Shown: positions 42,273-52,060 of the stretch, one piece after another
Layout of the letters: the number at the start of each line of letters is the position of its first letter
How positions within the stretch are numbered: the stretch's first letter is position 1
NCBI GenBank assembly: GCA_965223505.1
Contig: CBDCWP010000009.1
Span: 1-64,000 of the forward strand
Direction of reading: 5' to 3'
DNA: 64,000 nucleotides
From: Planctomycetota bacterium
GTDB taxonomy: Bacteria; Planctomycetota; PLA2; JAEUHO01
Notes under the pieces: model-generated
The model's database searches: none
Told to the model about the DNA's origin: nothing
Seen by the model: the letters and a program-made list of their open reading frames with translations, nothing else
Translations under genes and position numbers: made by a program

Positions 42273-44105
42273 ATGACGGCGACCAGCACGTACATCCTCG
42301 GGATCAACGCCTACGATCACGACGTCAGTGCATGCCTGCTTCGCGACGGTCGCGTCGTCGCGGCGATCTCGAAGGAGCGGCTGAACCGGATCAAGCATGC
42401 CGCCGGGTTCTACGGCGACCCGGTCCGCTACTGCCTCATTGCCGCCGGCATCGACCTCGACCGCGTGGACCTGATCGTTCGCAACTGCTACCTGCTGCCG
42501 GTCGAGGAGATGGAGGACATGCTCCGCGGGCGCGTGGACGCGCACCTGCTCGACCCCCTCGACCGCGCGGAAGCGGTCTCGTCGCCGATGTTCGGCGCCG
42601 GGCCGCCGCGCTACGTCACGTGCTCGCACCACCTCGCGCACGCGTACAGCGCGTTCGCCGTCTCGCCGTTCGACTCCGGCGCCGTCATGGTCGTCGACGG
42701 AGTCGGCAGCTACCGGCAAGACGTCCTCGAGCCCGTGCCGGAGGCCTACGACACCCAGCCTCTCGCGCGCGAGGCGGAGTCGTACTACGCGTTCGAGGGC
42801 GGTGAGCTTCGAACGATCGAGAAGGTCTGGTTGCCCCCCACCAAGGGCTTCGTCAACGACGATTTCTTCACGCAGAAGGGCCTGGGCGCGCTGTACAGCC
42901 GGGTCTCGACCTACGTGTTCGGGCACTGGAACCGGTGCGGCGAGGTCATGGGGTTGGCGTCGTACGGCACGCCCGGTCCGCGCCGGTTGATGGAGCTCGA
43001 GGACGGGCATCTGGTCGTGCATCCGTGGCCGACGAGCGCGGAGCACCCCTTCACGGGCGAGACCGACGCGGAGTGGAACGAGAGCGGGCACCGCCGGCAC
43101 TGGGAGGATCTGTGCGCGCAGGTGCAGCGTGACACCGAGGAGATCCTGCTCGAGCGCGCGCGACGGCTGCACGCGTGCACGGGAAGCCCGAACCTCGTCA
43201 TCGCCGGCGGCGTGGGCCTGAACTGCGTGGCGAATGGACGGATCCTGCGCGAGTCCCCCTTCGAGAACGTCTTCATCCAACCCGCCGCAGGCGACGACGG
43301 CGTCGCGATCGGCTGCGCCATGTACGGGCACCTGGCGCTGATGGGCGGCAGCCGAACCTACGTGATGAACCACGCCTATCTGGGCCGCTCCTACAGCGAT
43401 GATCAGGTGAACGCGGCGACGGCGCAGGCGATCGTGCGCGTCACCAGCGCGCGGCGCAAGGCCGATGACGTGGTGCGGGAGGCGGCGGATCTGCTCGCGG
43501 ACGGCGGCGTGATCGGCTGGTTCCAAGGCGGCTCGGAGTTCGGCCCCCGCGCCCTCGGCCATCGGAGCATCCTGGCCGACCCGCGACAGCGGAAGATGAC
43601 CGACCACGTGAACGAGCGCGTGAAGCACCGCCAGCCGTTCCGGCCCTTCGCGCCGCTCGTGCTTGCAGAGCGCGCGCACGAGCTCTTCGAGGGCGACGTC
43701 GTTTCCCCGTTCATGCTGCTCGCCTTCGACGTGAAGCCCGACGCGCGCGATCTCATCCCGGCAGTCGTCCATGTCGACGGAACGGCGCGCGTACAGACGG
43801 TTCGCAAGGAGGAGGAACCGCAGCTGCACGCCCTGATCTCGGCGTTCGCGGAGCGTACGGGCGTGCCGGTGCTGCTCAACACGTCGTTCAACGACCGCGG
43901 CGACCCGCTCGTGGAGACCCCCACCGACGCCGTCGAAACCTATCTCAAGACGGGGCTCGACGCGCTGGTCATCCACGATTGGATCCTTCGCAAGCGCGGC
44001 GCCTACCGGATGTTTCGACCGTTCGTCAAGGCCGCAGTCCGGCTCACCGAGTCGCTGCGCTTGGAGTCGTTGCGTTCGAGCGCCTTTCGGCGGATCAAGA
44101 AGTAG
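42273..44105 (+). CDS. NodU/CmcH family O-carbamoyltransferase
   Basis: [70 protein letters not shown]. Confidence 0.93.
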   Translation: MTATSTYILGINAYDHDVSACLLRDGRVVAAISKERLNRIKHAAGFYGDPVRYCLIAAGIDLDRVDLIVRNCYLLPVEEMEDMLRGRVDAHLLDPLDRAEAVSSPMFGAGPPRYVTCSHHLAHAYSAFAVSPFDSGAVMVVDGVGSYRQDVLEPVPEAYDTQPLAREAESYYAFEGGELRTIEKVWLPPTKGFVNDDFFTQKGLGALYSRVSTYVFGHWNRCGEVMGLASYGTPGPRRLMELEDGHLVVHPWPTSAEHPFTGETDAEWNESGHRRHWEDLCAQVQRDTEEILLERARRLHACTGSPNLVIAGGVGLNCVANGRILRESPFENVFIQPAAGDDGVAIGCAMYGHLALMGGSRTYVMNHAYLGRSYSDDQVNAATAQAIVRVTSARRKADDVVREAADLLADGGVIGWFQGGSEFGPRALGHRSILADPRQRKMTDHVNERVKHRQPFRPFAPLVLAERAHELFEGDVVSPFMLLAFDVKPDARDLIPAVVHVDGTARVQTVRKEEEPQLHALISAFAERTGVPVLLNTSFNDRGDPLVETPTDAVETYLKTGLDALVIHDWILRKRGAYRMFRPFVKAAVRLTESLRLESLRSSAFRRIKK

Positions 44106-44120
44106 TTCCTTGCCTGGTTT

Positions 44121-44819
44121 CTAGGCCAGATCGAACAACAGGAACTCCGAACCTTCCTTGGCCTGGATCTTCAGCTTCTTCTCGTCGCTGATCGCGGCGC
44201 CGTCGCCCTCGTCCAGTCGCACGCCGTTCACGTCGAGCCGTCCGCTGGCGACCTGGATCCAGGCGTGCCGCTTCGGGGCGATCTCGTGCGTGACCACCTC
44301 GTCGGCCTTCAGGATCGACGCATACATGCTGACGTCTTGATTGATCTGGATGCTGCCGTCGGTTCCCTTCCGGGAGGCAACCAGCTTGAGCTTGCCGCGC
44401 CGGTCCTTCTGCGGGATGGTCTTCTCCATGTAACCCGGCTTCAGATTGCGCTTCTCGGGCAAGATCCAGATCTGCATAAGGTGCACGAGCTCTTTCTTCG
44501 ACGGGTTGAACTCGCTGTGGCGGATGCCGCGTCCGGCGGACATGCGCTGCATCGTGTCGGGACGGATGACGCCCCCGTTGCCCTCGCTGTCCTTGTGCTC
44601 GAGCGCGCCCTCGAGGACGTACGTGATGATCTCCATGTCGTTGTGCGGGTGCATGGGGAAGCCCTTGCCCGCCTGGATCCAGTCCTCGTTCAGGACCCGG
44701 AGGTGTCGGAAGCCCATGTGGCGCTTGTCGTAGTAGCGCGCGAACGAAAAGGAGTAGCGGGTCGACAGCCAGCCGTACTCGGCGCGGCCTCGGTCGCGGG
44801 ACTTGCGGACTCGAATCAT
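44121..44819 (-). CDS. Pirin family protein (YhhW-like)
   Basis: GFRHLRVLNED, GFPMHPHNDMEI, HKDSEGN, MSAGRGIRHSE, QIWILP. Confidence 0.93.
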   Translation of the reverse strand: MIRVRKSRDRGRAEYGWLSTRYSFSFARYYDKRHMGFRHLRVLNEDWIQAGKGFPMHPHNDMEIITYVLEGALEHKDSEGNGGVIRPDTMQRMSAGRGIRHSEFNPSKKELVHLMQIWILPEKRNLKPGYMEKTIPQKDRRGKLKLVASRKGTDGSIQINQDVSMYASILKADEVVTHEIAPKRHAWIQVASGRLDVNGVRLDEGDGAAISDEKKLKIQAKEGSEFLLFDLA

Positions 44820-44837
44820 GGGGTGTCTCCAGCCGGG

Positions 44838-44866
44838 ATATTACTTGTTGCAACATCTAATGTCAA
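44838..44866 (-). promoter_or_regulatory. sigma70 promoter of the pirin gene with a palindromic operator
   Basis: Minus strand TTGACA-17 nt-TAATAT; perfect palindrome TGTTGCAACA (44846-44855) in the spacer. Confidence 0.8.
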
Positions 44867-45199
44867 GCATGGGCTGCGACTGGGGCTTTCGTCCGGCCCC
44901 ACGGGGTGATCGGGCGCCCGAAAAACCCGACTTTGGGGGCAACACTTTCGCGGGGGGCGGCGTTTGTGAAGGGTGGCGACGGGAGACGCCGAGCCGCACG
45001 TCCGAGGCGGGCGGTGCGGAGCTCCCACTGCTAGGCCGGGTCTCCAAATGCGGGGGAGGCCCGGTCGTTTTCTAGTTTCTGGCATCGCGCCGCCAAGACG
45101 ATGGCGGCGCGTGCGCGAAGGGCCTTGCGCAAGAACGCGACACGTACCGGGGCGTGGCCGGGCGTACGTGGTGGCATCGCGCCGCGAAGACGAAACGCC

Positions 45200-45961
45200 C
45201 TACCCACGAAGCGCCTTGGCGATCGACGGAAGCACGTCGCCGCCGCGACCTCGCAAGGACCACCCCACGTGCTCGCTCGCGATCGTCGGCTCCGGGTTGA
45301 CCTCGAGCGTCAGCTTCCCCATCCGGGCGGCATACAACACGGGCTCGACGATGTAGGGAAACACCGCCGTCGTACCCGCGATGACCACGAGGTCCGGCGG
45401 GTCCGCGTAGAACGCCGACTGGACCTCCTGGAGCTTGCGGCCGTCGAGCATCTCGCCGAACAACACCACGTCGGGACGCAGATTGCCGCCGCACGCGTCA
45501 CACCGGGGTACGCCGTCGATCGCGCGGATCGCGTCGGCTGAGAGCCGGTCGTGGGTGCGGCAGCTCATGCAGCGGGTCTCGTGGACGTTGCCGTGGATCT
45601 CGATCACCCGGCGCGATCCTGCTTCCAGATGCAGACCGTCCACATTCTGCGTCAGCAGGGTGAAGCGCGCGACCGACCGCTCGATCTCGGCCAGCGCGAC
45701 GTGCGCCGGGTTGGGCGCCGCATCGACGGAGAGACGTGCGAGCGCCGCCACGACCTTCCAGGTCCGCGCCGGATCCCTCTGCAGCGTGGGGCCGCTCAAC
45801 GCCTCGACGGTCCGATCGCCTTCTTCCTCGTCGTCGTACAAACCGCCCTTTCCGCGGTACGTCTGGATGCCCGACTCGGCCGACACGCCTGCCCCGGTGA
45901 TCGCGCCGACGCTGCGAACCGATCCGAGCGCGGCGATCAGGTCGTCCGGAAGATCCATCAT
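45200..45961 (-). CDS. cobB: NAD-dependent deacylase (sirtuin) 1
   Basis: GAGVSAESG, TQNVDGLH, HGN, CxxC...CxxC, RPDVVLFGE, GTT, VNP. Confidence 0.9.
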   Translation of the reverse strand: MMDLPDDLIAALGSVRSVGAITGAGVSAESGIQTYRGKGGLYDDEEEGDRTVEALSGPTLQRDPARTWKVVAALARLSVDAAPNPAHVALAEIERSVARFTLLTQNVDGLHLEAGSRRVIEIHGNVHETRCMSCRTHDRLSADAIRAIDGVPRCDACGGNLRPDVVLFGEMLDGRKLQEVQSAFYADPPDLVVIAGTTAVFPYIVEPVLYAARMGKLTLEVNPEPTIASEHVGWSLRGRGGDVLPSIAKALRG

Positions 45962-47082
45962 TGCGGCCCTCGGATCTTTCGTAGCGTCTCTCGCGCCGCG
46001 TCGCGCACGAGCGCGTCCAAATCGTCGTCATTCGCGATGCGCTCGATGCGTTCGATCATCTGCGCACGGTCGACGTCCAGCTCGTGCAGGGTCCGGGCCG
46101 CCATGAGCCGGTTGTGCGGGGTCTCGTGATCGAGGAGCCGGCGTAGCGCCGGAACGGCCTCGTTCCCGACGAGCTTCAGCGCCCAGTAGCCCATCGCAAC
46201 CCGCTGTGACCGGCTCACGTGCGCCTCGAGCGCTGCGAGCGCGGGGCGCCCGACACTGCCGAGCGCCGTCGCCGCCCAGGAGCGTACGTTCGCGTCTTCC
46301 TCCGCGTCGATCCGCTCGATGAGCTCGTCGACGGCCGGCGCGGCCATCGGCCCCATTCGACCGAGCGCCATCGCGGCGTAGGCGCGCACCTCGCGATCCT
46401 CGTCGCGAAGGGCCGTTCGAAGCGGGGTCACGACGTGCTGGAACGGATAGTCGCCGTCGTCGGGCTGCGGCTCCATGTCGATGCGCGCGATCCCGTACGC
46501 GGCGGCGCGGCGCATGCGTACGTCCGCGTGGCCGAGCGCCGCGAGCAGCGTCGGCAGCAGCCGTTCGCCGCCTCGCGTTCGGGCCAGTGCCCGCAGTGCG
46601 TTGGCGGCGAGCAGTGCGGACTCCGACGCCGCGGCGTCTCGGAGCAGGCGCGCGCCCTCGTCGTCGACCGCGCGCAGCGAACCGATCGTCGTCGCCGCGG
46701 CGACGCGAACACGGCGCTGCGGGTGTACCGCAAGATGGACGAGACGCCCGAGCAACGGCGTGTCCGGCGCTCCGTAGTGATGAAGCGAAACCAGCGCCGC
46801 CCACTGCACCGCCGGCCGGTCGGTGTCGAGCGCCTCGAGAAGCATCGTGCGCCGCGCGTCGACGGCTTCCCGGGGCGGCAGCGACGCCTCAACGCGGGCC
46901 TGGACCGCCGAGGCGACGAACGTCTCGCTCTGGCCCGCCTCGAGGTCGGCCCACGCGCGGCGCGCCGCACGCTCGAACGCCGATTCCGGCTCCTTCGGCG
47001 CCTGCTGCGCCACGACGACGAGACCGATCGCGAGACCCGCACCCAGGAGCAGCAGACCCGTCCAGCGCACGCGAACGTCCAT
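45958..47082 (-). CDS. Membrane-anchored HEAT-repeat protein
   Basis: N-terminal TM; HEAT units (VRAYAAMALGRMG, VRSWAATALGSVG); coupled to both neighbours. Confidence 0.75.
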   Translation of the reverse strand: MDVRVRWTGLLLLGAGLAIGLVVVAQQAPKEPESAFERAARRAWADLEAGQSETFVASAVQARVEASLPPREAVDARRTMLLEALDTDRPAVQWAALVSLHHYGAPDTPLLGRLVHLAVHPQRRVRVAAATTIGSLRAVDDEGARLLRDAAASESALLAANALRALARTRGGERLLPTLLAALGHADVRMRRAAAYGIARIDMEPQPDDGDYPFQHVVTPLRTALRDEDREVRAYAAMALGRMGPMAAPAVDELIERIDAEEDANVRSWAATALGSVGRPALAALEAHVSRSQRVAMGYWALKLVGNEAVPALRRLLDHETPHNRLMAARTLHELDVDRAQMIERIERIANDDDLDALVRDAARETLRKIRGPQ

Positions 47083-48680
47083 CAGACGTCGGCGTCCGCG
47101 TGCTGGAAGGTCGATGCGTCTGCGCGGTCCCACTCGCGCTGGAGAGTGGGATGCGCGTTCCCCTGCAGCAACGAACCGGACTCCTGATACGGATAGATGT
47201 CGCCGTAGTGCGCCGACACGCGCTCGCTCACGCGACGCCAGACGTGGTGTGGCTCGATCTGGTACGGCGCGTCGAGTCCCGCCGCGGCGATCAGCTCGAG
47301 CAGGCTCTCGATGGTGTCGTGGTGGTAGCGGAAAACCCGCGTGCCCTTGTCTTCGACGTCCAAGCCCGCGACGAGCGCCGGGTTCTGTGTCGTGATGCCG
47401 ACCGGACAGTGGTTCGAGTTGCAACGAAGCGCCTGAATGCACCCCAGCGCGAGCATCATGCCGCGCGCGGACGCGCACAGGTCCGCGCCCATCGCCAGCG
47501 CGCGCACCACGTGGAAACCAGTGATGATCTTGCCGCTCGCGATCACGCGCACGCGATCCCGGAGACCCGCCGCCACGAGGGCGTTGTGAACGAACACGAC
47601 GCCTTCCCGCATCGGCCAGCCCACGGAGTTGCTGAACTCGAGCGGCGCCGCGCCGGTGCCGCCCTCTCCGCCGTCGACGCTGATGAAGTCCGGCGCGATG
47701 TCCGTCTCCCGCATCGCCTTGCAGATGCTGAAGAACTCGACGCGGTCGCCGACGCAGAGCTTGAAGCCCACCGGCTTGCCGCCCGAGAGCTGGCGGAGCT
47801 TCTCGATGAACTCGAGCAGTCCCACCGGTGTGTCGAACACGCGGTGAGACGGCGGCGAGAGGACGTCCTTGCCCAGCGGCACGCCGCGAATCCTGGCGAT
47901 TTCGGGGGTGACCTTGCGCGCGGGAAGGATGCCGCCGTGCCCGGGCTTCGCGCCTTGCGAGAGCTTCAGCTCCACCATCTTCACTTCGTCGCGACGGGCC
48001 TCCTCCCGATAGCGGCCGGGGTCGAAACCGCCGTCGTCTGAACGGCACCCGAAGTAGCCGGTGCCGATCTGCCAGATCAGGTCGCCCCCGTGCGAGAGGT
48101 GATAGGGACTGATGCCGCCCTCGCCGGTGTTGTGCGCGAACCCACCGGCCTTCGCGCCGCGATTGAGCGCTCGCACCGCCGCCTTGCTCAAGGAGCCGTA
48201 GCTCATCGCGGAGATGTTCAGATGCGACGCGTCGTAGGGCTTCGTGCATGCCTGGCCGCCGATCCGCACGCGCGGCTCATCGCCGGGCGGCGCCTTCGCC
48301 TGAAGCGAGTGACTGAGCCACTCGTAGCCCGGCTGGTACACGTCGAATTGCGTGCCGAACGGGACGGTCGAGAGCGCGCCCTTGGCGCGTTGATAGACGA
48401 CCGTGCGAAAGACGCGGTTCAGCGGCCTTCCGTCCGTGTCGGACTCGATGAAGTACTGCTGAATCTCCGGACGGATCGACTCGAACACGTATCGGAAGCG
48501 ACCGATCAGGGGCCAGTTCCGCAGCACCGTGCGCCGGCGTTGGAGCGCATCGTAGAGCCCCAGGAGGATCAAGGGGCCCAGGACGAGCAAGGACCAGAGG
48601 ATCGGCGGCCAGAACGTCCAGGTCCATGCGATCGCCGCGAGCACGACGACCACGGCGACGTAGAAAACGCGGCGGAACAT
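47082..48680 (-). CDS. FMN-binding glutamate synthase family protein (YerD-like, membrane-anchored)
   Basis: ISAMSYGSLS, NTGEGG, ELKLSQGAKPGHGG, DGGEGGTGAAP, CIQALRCNSNHCPVG Fe-S motif. Confidence 0.92.
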   Translation of the reverse strand: MFRRVFYVAVVVVLAAIAWTWTFWPPILWSLLVLGPLILLGLYDALQRRRTVLRNWPLIGRFRYVFESIRPEIQQYFIESDTDGRPLNRVFRTVVYQRAKGALSTVPFGTQFDVYQPGYEWLSHSLQAKAPPGDEPRVRIGGQACTKPYDASHLNISAMSYGSLSKAAVRALNRGAKAGGFAHNTGEGGISPYHLSHGGDLIWQIGTGYFGCRSDDGGFDPGRYREEARRDEVKMVELKLSQGAKPGHGGILPARKVTPEIARIRGVPLGKDVLSPPSHRVFDTPVGLLEFIEKLRQLSGGKPVGFKLCVGDRVEFFSICKAMRETDIAPDFISVDGGEGGTGAAPLEFSNSVGWPMREGVVFVHNALVAAGLRDRVRVIASGKIITGFHVVRALAMGADLCASARGMMLALGCIQALRCNSNHCPVGITTQNPALVAGLDVEDKGTRVFRYHHDTIESLLELIAAAGLDAPYQIEPHHVWRRVSERVSAHYGDIYPYQESGSLLQGNAHPTLQREWDRADASTFQHADADV

Positions 48681-48731
48681 GCGCACAAGGTACGAGGAAG
48701 ATCCGGCGCAAGCTCGCAGTACGCTGAGTCC

Positions 48732-49640
48732 ATGACGGCGCGGCCGCTGATCCTCCTCGTTGCGGTCCTGGCCGTTCTCACGGGCTGCCGAACCACCGTG
48801 CCGCAGGCACGCGCGCCGGAAGGGGTCCGGGCCGCCGAACCGCCCGCGTTGCGCGTCGCGGGCTACAACGCGTGGGTCCTCCCGCTCGCGTCCCTGGACT
48901 TGCGCGCGCGCCTGCGGCGCATGCCGAAGGCGCTCGCGGCCTTCGACCCGGACGTGATCTGCTTCCAGGAGATCTGGGCGCACGAGGAGGCGATCGCCGA
49001 CGCGCTTCCCGCGCTCCCGCATGCCGCGACGGCCGGGGGCGGCTTGATGGTTCTCTCCCGCCATCCGATCGTCGCGCAGTCCTTCGTGCCGTTCCCGCGG
49101 TACGCCGGTCTCTCGCTGGTCGAGCGTCTCTCGGGCAAAGGCGTGCTGGACGTCGTCGTGCGCACACCCCGGGGCGACGTCCGGATCGTGAACAGCCATC
49201 TGTCGCTCGACCTGGACCGAGAGTCCGTGCCTCGTCGGGCGCAGCTCGACTTCCTGATCGGGCGCTTGAACGCGCGCCGCGATCTGCCGTTGGTCCTTTC
49301 CGCGGACCTGAACACGGCTTCGGTATACGACGGTGCACGATCACCCGAGTACCTGTCGCTCACGCACACCGCGAACTTGACCGACGCGAAACCACCCAAG
49401 CACCTGGGCGGAGAGCACTTCGACCCCGGACCGCCCACGCGCGTCGGGTGGCCGCGCACGTTCGAGGCGATCCTGTACGAATGGGCGCCCGACTACCTGA
49501 TGTTCCGAAACGGAGCGGACACGTCGGTCCGTCTCGAGCTGCAGGCGTTCGAGCTGGCGCTTCACACCCCGCAAACGGCGCTTTCCGATCACAATCTCCT
49601 GGTCGGCACCTGGATCCTGCGTGGAAGCGAGACGCCATGA
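48732..49640 (+). CDS. Endonuclease/exonuclease/phosphatase family lipoprotein (sphingomyelinase-like)
   Basis: Lipobox LTGC; YNAW, FQEIW, NSHL, ADLN, DY, SDH all intact. Confidence 0.85.
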   Translation: MTARPLILLVAVLAVLTGCRTTVPQARAPEGVRAAEPPALRVAGYNAWVLPLASLDLRARLRRMPKALAAFDPDVICFQEIWAHEEAIADALPALPHAATAGGGLMVLSRHPIVAQSFVPFPRYAGLSLVERLSGKGVLDVVVRTPRGDVRIVNSHLSLDLDRESVPRRAQLDFLIGRLNARRDLPLVLSADLNTASVYDGARSPEYLSLTHTANLTDAKPPKHLGGEHFDPGPPTRVGWPRTFEAILYEWAPDYLMFRNGADTSVRLELQAFELALHTPQTALSDHNLLVGTWILRGSETP

Positions 49641-50356
49641 GCACACCCGACCTCCCCCTGGACGACTTCGACGCCATCGTATTCTTCACGGGTGCGGGGC
49701 TCTCGGCCGAGAGCGGCGTGCCGACCTATCGCGGCAAGGGCGGAATCTGGGGCAGCTACGACTGGCAGGAGTACGCCTGCCAGCGGGCGTTCGACCGCGA
49801 TCCGGACCGCGTCTGGGCGTTCCACGACGAGCGCCGGCGACGGCTCGGCGCGGCGCAGCCCTGTCCGGCCCATCGCATGATCGCGGAGGTGCAGCGCCGC
49901 AAGCCCGGGACGAAGATCGTCACCCAGAACATCGACGGGCTGCATCAGCGCTCGGGCGCCGACGAGGTGATCGAGCTCCACGGCAGCATCTGGCGGCTGC
50001 GTTGCGAGTGCGCCGACTCCCCCCGCCACGACGACGAGGTGCCGCTCGCCGAACGGCGCTGCGGAGCGTGCGGCGCGTGGCTGCGGCCGGACATCGTGTG
50101 GTTCGAGGACCCGATGCAGGTCGAGCCGTTGCGCGCCGCGGCCGCGGCGATCCAGAGCTGTGACCTCCTGATCAGCATCGGTACGTCGGGCGTCGTCTAC
50201 CCCGCGGCCGAGCTGCCGCAGCTCGCCGTTCGCGGTGGCGCCATCTGCGTGGAGATCAACCCGGAGGCGACGCCGGTCTCGCAATGGTATTCCGTTCACA
50301 TCCGCAAGGGCGCGAGCGAAGCCCTCGCCGGACTCTGGCCGATGCTCAGCGACTGA
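49637..50356 (+). CDS. cobB: NAD-dependent deacylase (sirtuin) 2
   Basis: GAGLSAESG, TQNIDGLH, HGS, RPDIVWF, GTSGVVYPAA, INP; ATGA overlap with the EEP gene. Confidence 0.9.
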   Translation: MSTPDLPLDDFDAIVFFTGAGLSAESGVPTYRGKGGIWGSYDWQEYACQRAFDRDPDRVWAFHDERRRRLGAAQPCPAHRMIAEVQRRKPGTKIVTQNIDGLHQRSGADEVIELHGSIWRLRCECADSPRHDDEVPLAERRCGACGAWLRPDIVWFEDPMQVEPLRAAAAAIQSCDLLISIGTSGVVYPAAELPQLAVRGGAICVEINPEATPVSQWYSVHIRKGASEALAGLWPMLSD

Positions 50357-51518
50357 GGTAGCGCGCGGCGACCCCGGTCAGCATGCGCACGCCGATCGGC
50401 AACGCCGCTTCGTCGATGTCGAAGTACGGGGAGTGATGCGGGTGGACCTTGCCCGTCTCCTCGTTGCGCGAGCCGACGAAGAAGTAGCAGCCGGGCACTC
50501 GCGCCAGCACTTCGGAGAAGTCCTCGCCTCCCATCGTGCGCTCGTCCACGATGTTCTCCGCGCCGACGACCTCCCGCGCCTCTTCGCGAACGAGCTCGGC
50601 CATGTCGGCATCGTTGACGGTCGGCCGGATCATGCGGTCGAAATCGATCTCGGCCTCGCAGCCGCAGCTCTTGGCGGCGTGGTGCACGACCCGCTCGACG
50701 TGCTCCGGCGCCGCCGCCCACACGTCGTCGTCGAACGTCCGTACCGTGCCCGACAGCTCCACGTGCTGCGGGATGATGTTGAAATTGTCTCCGCCTTCGA
50801 TGCGTCCGACGGTGACGACCGCCGATTTCAGCGGATGGACGTTGCGCGCCACGATCTGCTGGAGGCTCGTGATGACGTGCGCGGCGGCGAGGATGGGATC
50901 CTTCGCCTCGTGCGGCATCGCGCCGTGACCGCCCGATCCGACGATACGAATGGTGAACTCGTCGACCGACGCCATGAACGGCCCGTCCACGACGGCGACC
51001 TTGCCGACCGGCAGGTGGTTCCACAGGTGCAACCCGAACGCCGCGTCCACCGTCGGGTCCTCGAGCACGCCGTCTTCGATCATCGCGAGCGCGCCGTTGC
51101 CGCCCTCTTCCGCCGGTTGGAACATCAGCTTGATCGTGCCGCGCCGGGGCGGCTCGATGCGCTTGAGCACCCGCGCGGCCGTCAACGCGATGGCCGTGTG
51201 TCCGTCGTGGCCGCAGGCGTGCATGACGTTCGGGTGCATCGAGCGGTATTCGACCTCGTTGAGCTCTTGGAGCGGCAAGGCGTCCATGTCGGCGCGCAAC
51301 AGCACGCAGGGGCCGGCCTCCGCCCCTTCGAGTGTGGTGACCACGCCCGTCTTGCCGATCCCGGTCGTCGTTGCGTAGCCGAGACCGTCCAATCGGTCGC
51401 GAACCAGCTGCGACGTGCGCGCCTCTTCGTACTTGAGCTCCGGATGCATGTGGATGTCGCGGCGCGTGGCGATCAGCTCGTCGCGCTCTTCATCGGTGGG
51501 CGTGAGGACGTCCGGCAT
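50346..51518 (-). CDS. M20 family amidohydrolase
   Basis: HMHPEL, LRADMDALP, MHACGHDGH, FQPAEEG, GGHGAMPH, GEDFS, HHSPYFD. Confidence 0.93.
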   Translation of the reverse strand: MPDVLTPTDEERDELIATRRDIHMHPELKYEEARTSQLVRDRLDGLGYATTTGIGKTGVVTTLEGAEAGPCVLLRADMDALPLQELNEVEYRSMHPNVMHACGHDGHTAIALTAARVLKRIEPPRRGTIKLMFQPAEEGGNGALAMIEDGVLEDPTVDAAFGLHLWNHLPVGKVAVVDGPFMASVDEFTIRIVGSGGHGAMPHEAKDPILAAAHVITSLQQIVARNVHPLKSAVVTVGRIEGGDNFNIIPQHVELSGTVRTFDDDVWAAAPEHVERVVHHAAKSCGCEAEIDFDRMIRPTVNDADMAELVREEAREVVGAENIVDERTMGGEDFSEVLARVPGCYFFVGSRNEETGKVHPHHSPYFDIDEAALPIGVRMLTGVAARYLSR

Positions 51519-51541
51519 GGTGGGCTCCCGAGTTCGGCGCG

Positions 51542-52060
51542 TCAGGATAGCCGTTGGCGCGTCGGGCGCCGGAGCGGAAACGGCCGGGGCCGTGTGTCGG
51601 CGCGCACGTACAGAGGGTGGCGGGGCTGTCCGGCCGCCGTGAGGCCGAGGCAGGAGAGCTTCTGCAAGCCGAGTCGGCGCAGCAGAGCACGAACGGCCCG
51701 GTCACGTCCGTGCAGCGCGCCGTGGTTGCCCCACGCGAGCAGCGTCGCATCCGCGGCGCGCATCGTCTCGCGCAACGCACGGTCGTTGCCCGGGCCGACC
51801 GGATCGTGAACCCGCCGCAGGCTCGCGGGCCGGTGGGCACGCCAGCCGAAGAGGTTCACGACGTCGAGGGCGCCGTAGCCCCAGCGCCGGGCGAAGTCGA
51901 TGCAGCGGCGAATCGTCGGATCGTCACGTTCACCATCGGCGGCGCTGGGGTTGAGCATCACGAACGCGATGCGCGACCCCGCCGCGTCCCAGGTGCGGCG
52001 AAGCCGGTAGCGATAGCGTCGCGATCGATCGAAGGATGCGGAGCGGTGGAGCCGCGTCAC
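51542..52060 (-). CDS. DUF1643 family protein
   Basis: YRYRLRRTW, FVMLNPS, DDPTIRRC, VVNLF, AWGNHG, PRHPLY. Confidence 0.9.
   Translation of the reverse strand: MTRLHRSASFDRSRRYRYRLRRTWDAAGSRIAFVMLNPSAADGERDDPTIRRCIDFARRWGYGALDVVNLFGWRAHRPASLRRVHDPVGPGNDRALRETMRAADATLLAWGNHGALHGRDRAVRALLRRLGLQKLSCLGLTAAGQPRHPLYVRADTRPRPFPLRRPTRQRLS

Noticed and set aside
20506..50356. Sir2-HerA anti-phage system
   Set aside because: The HerA-like gene is more than 22 kb from the sirtuins, which are zinc-binding CobB-type deacylases rather than defence SIR2 domains.
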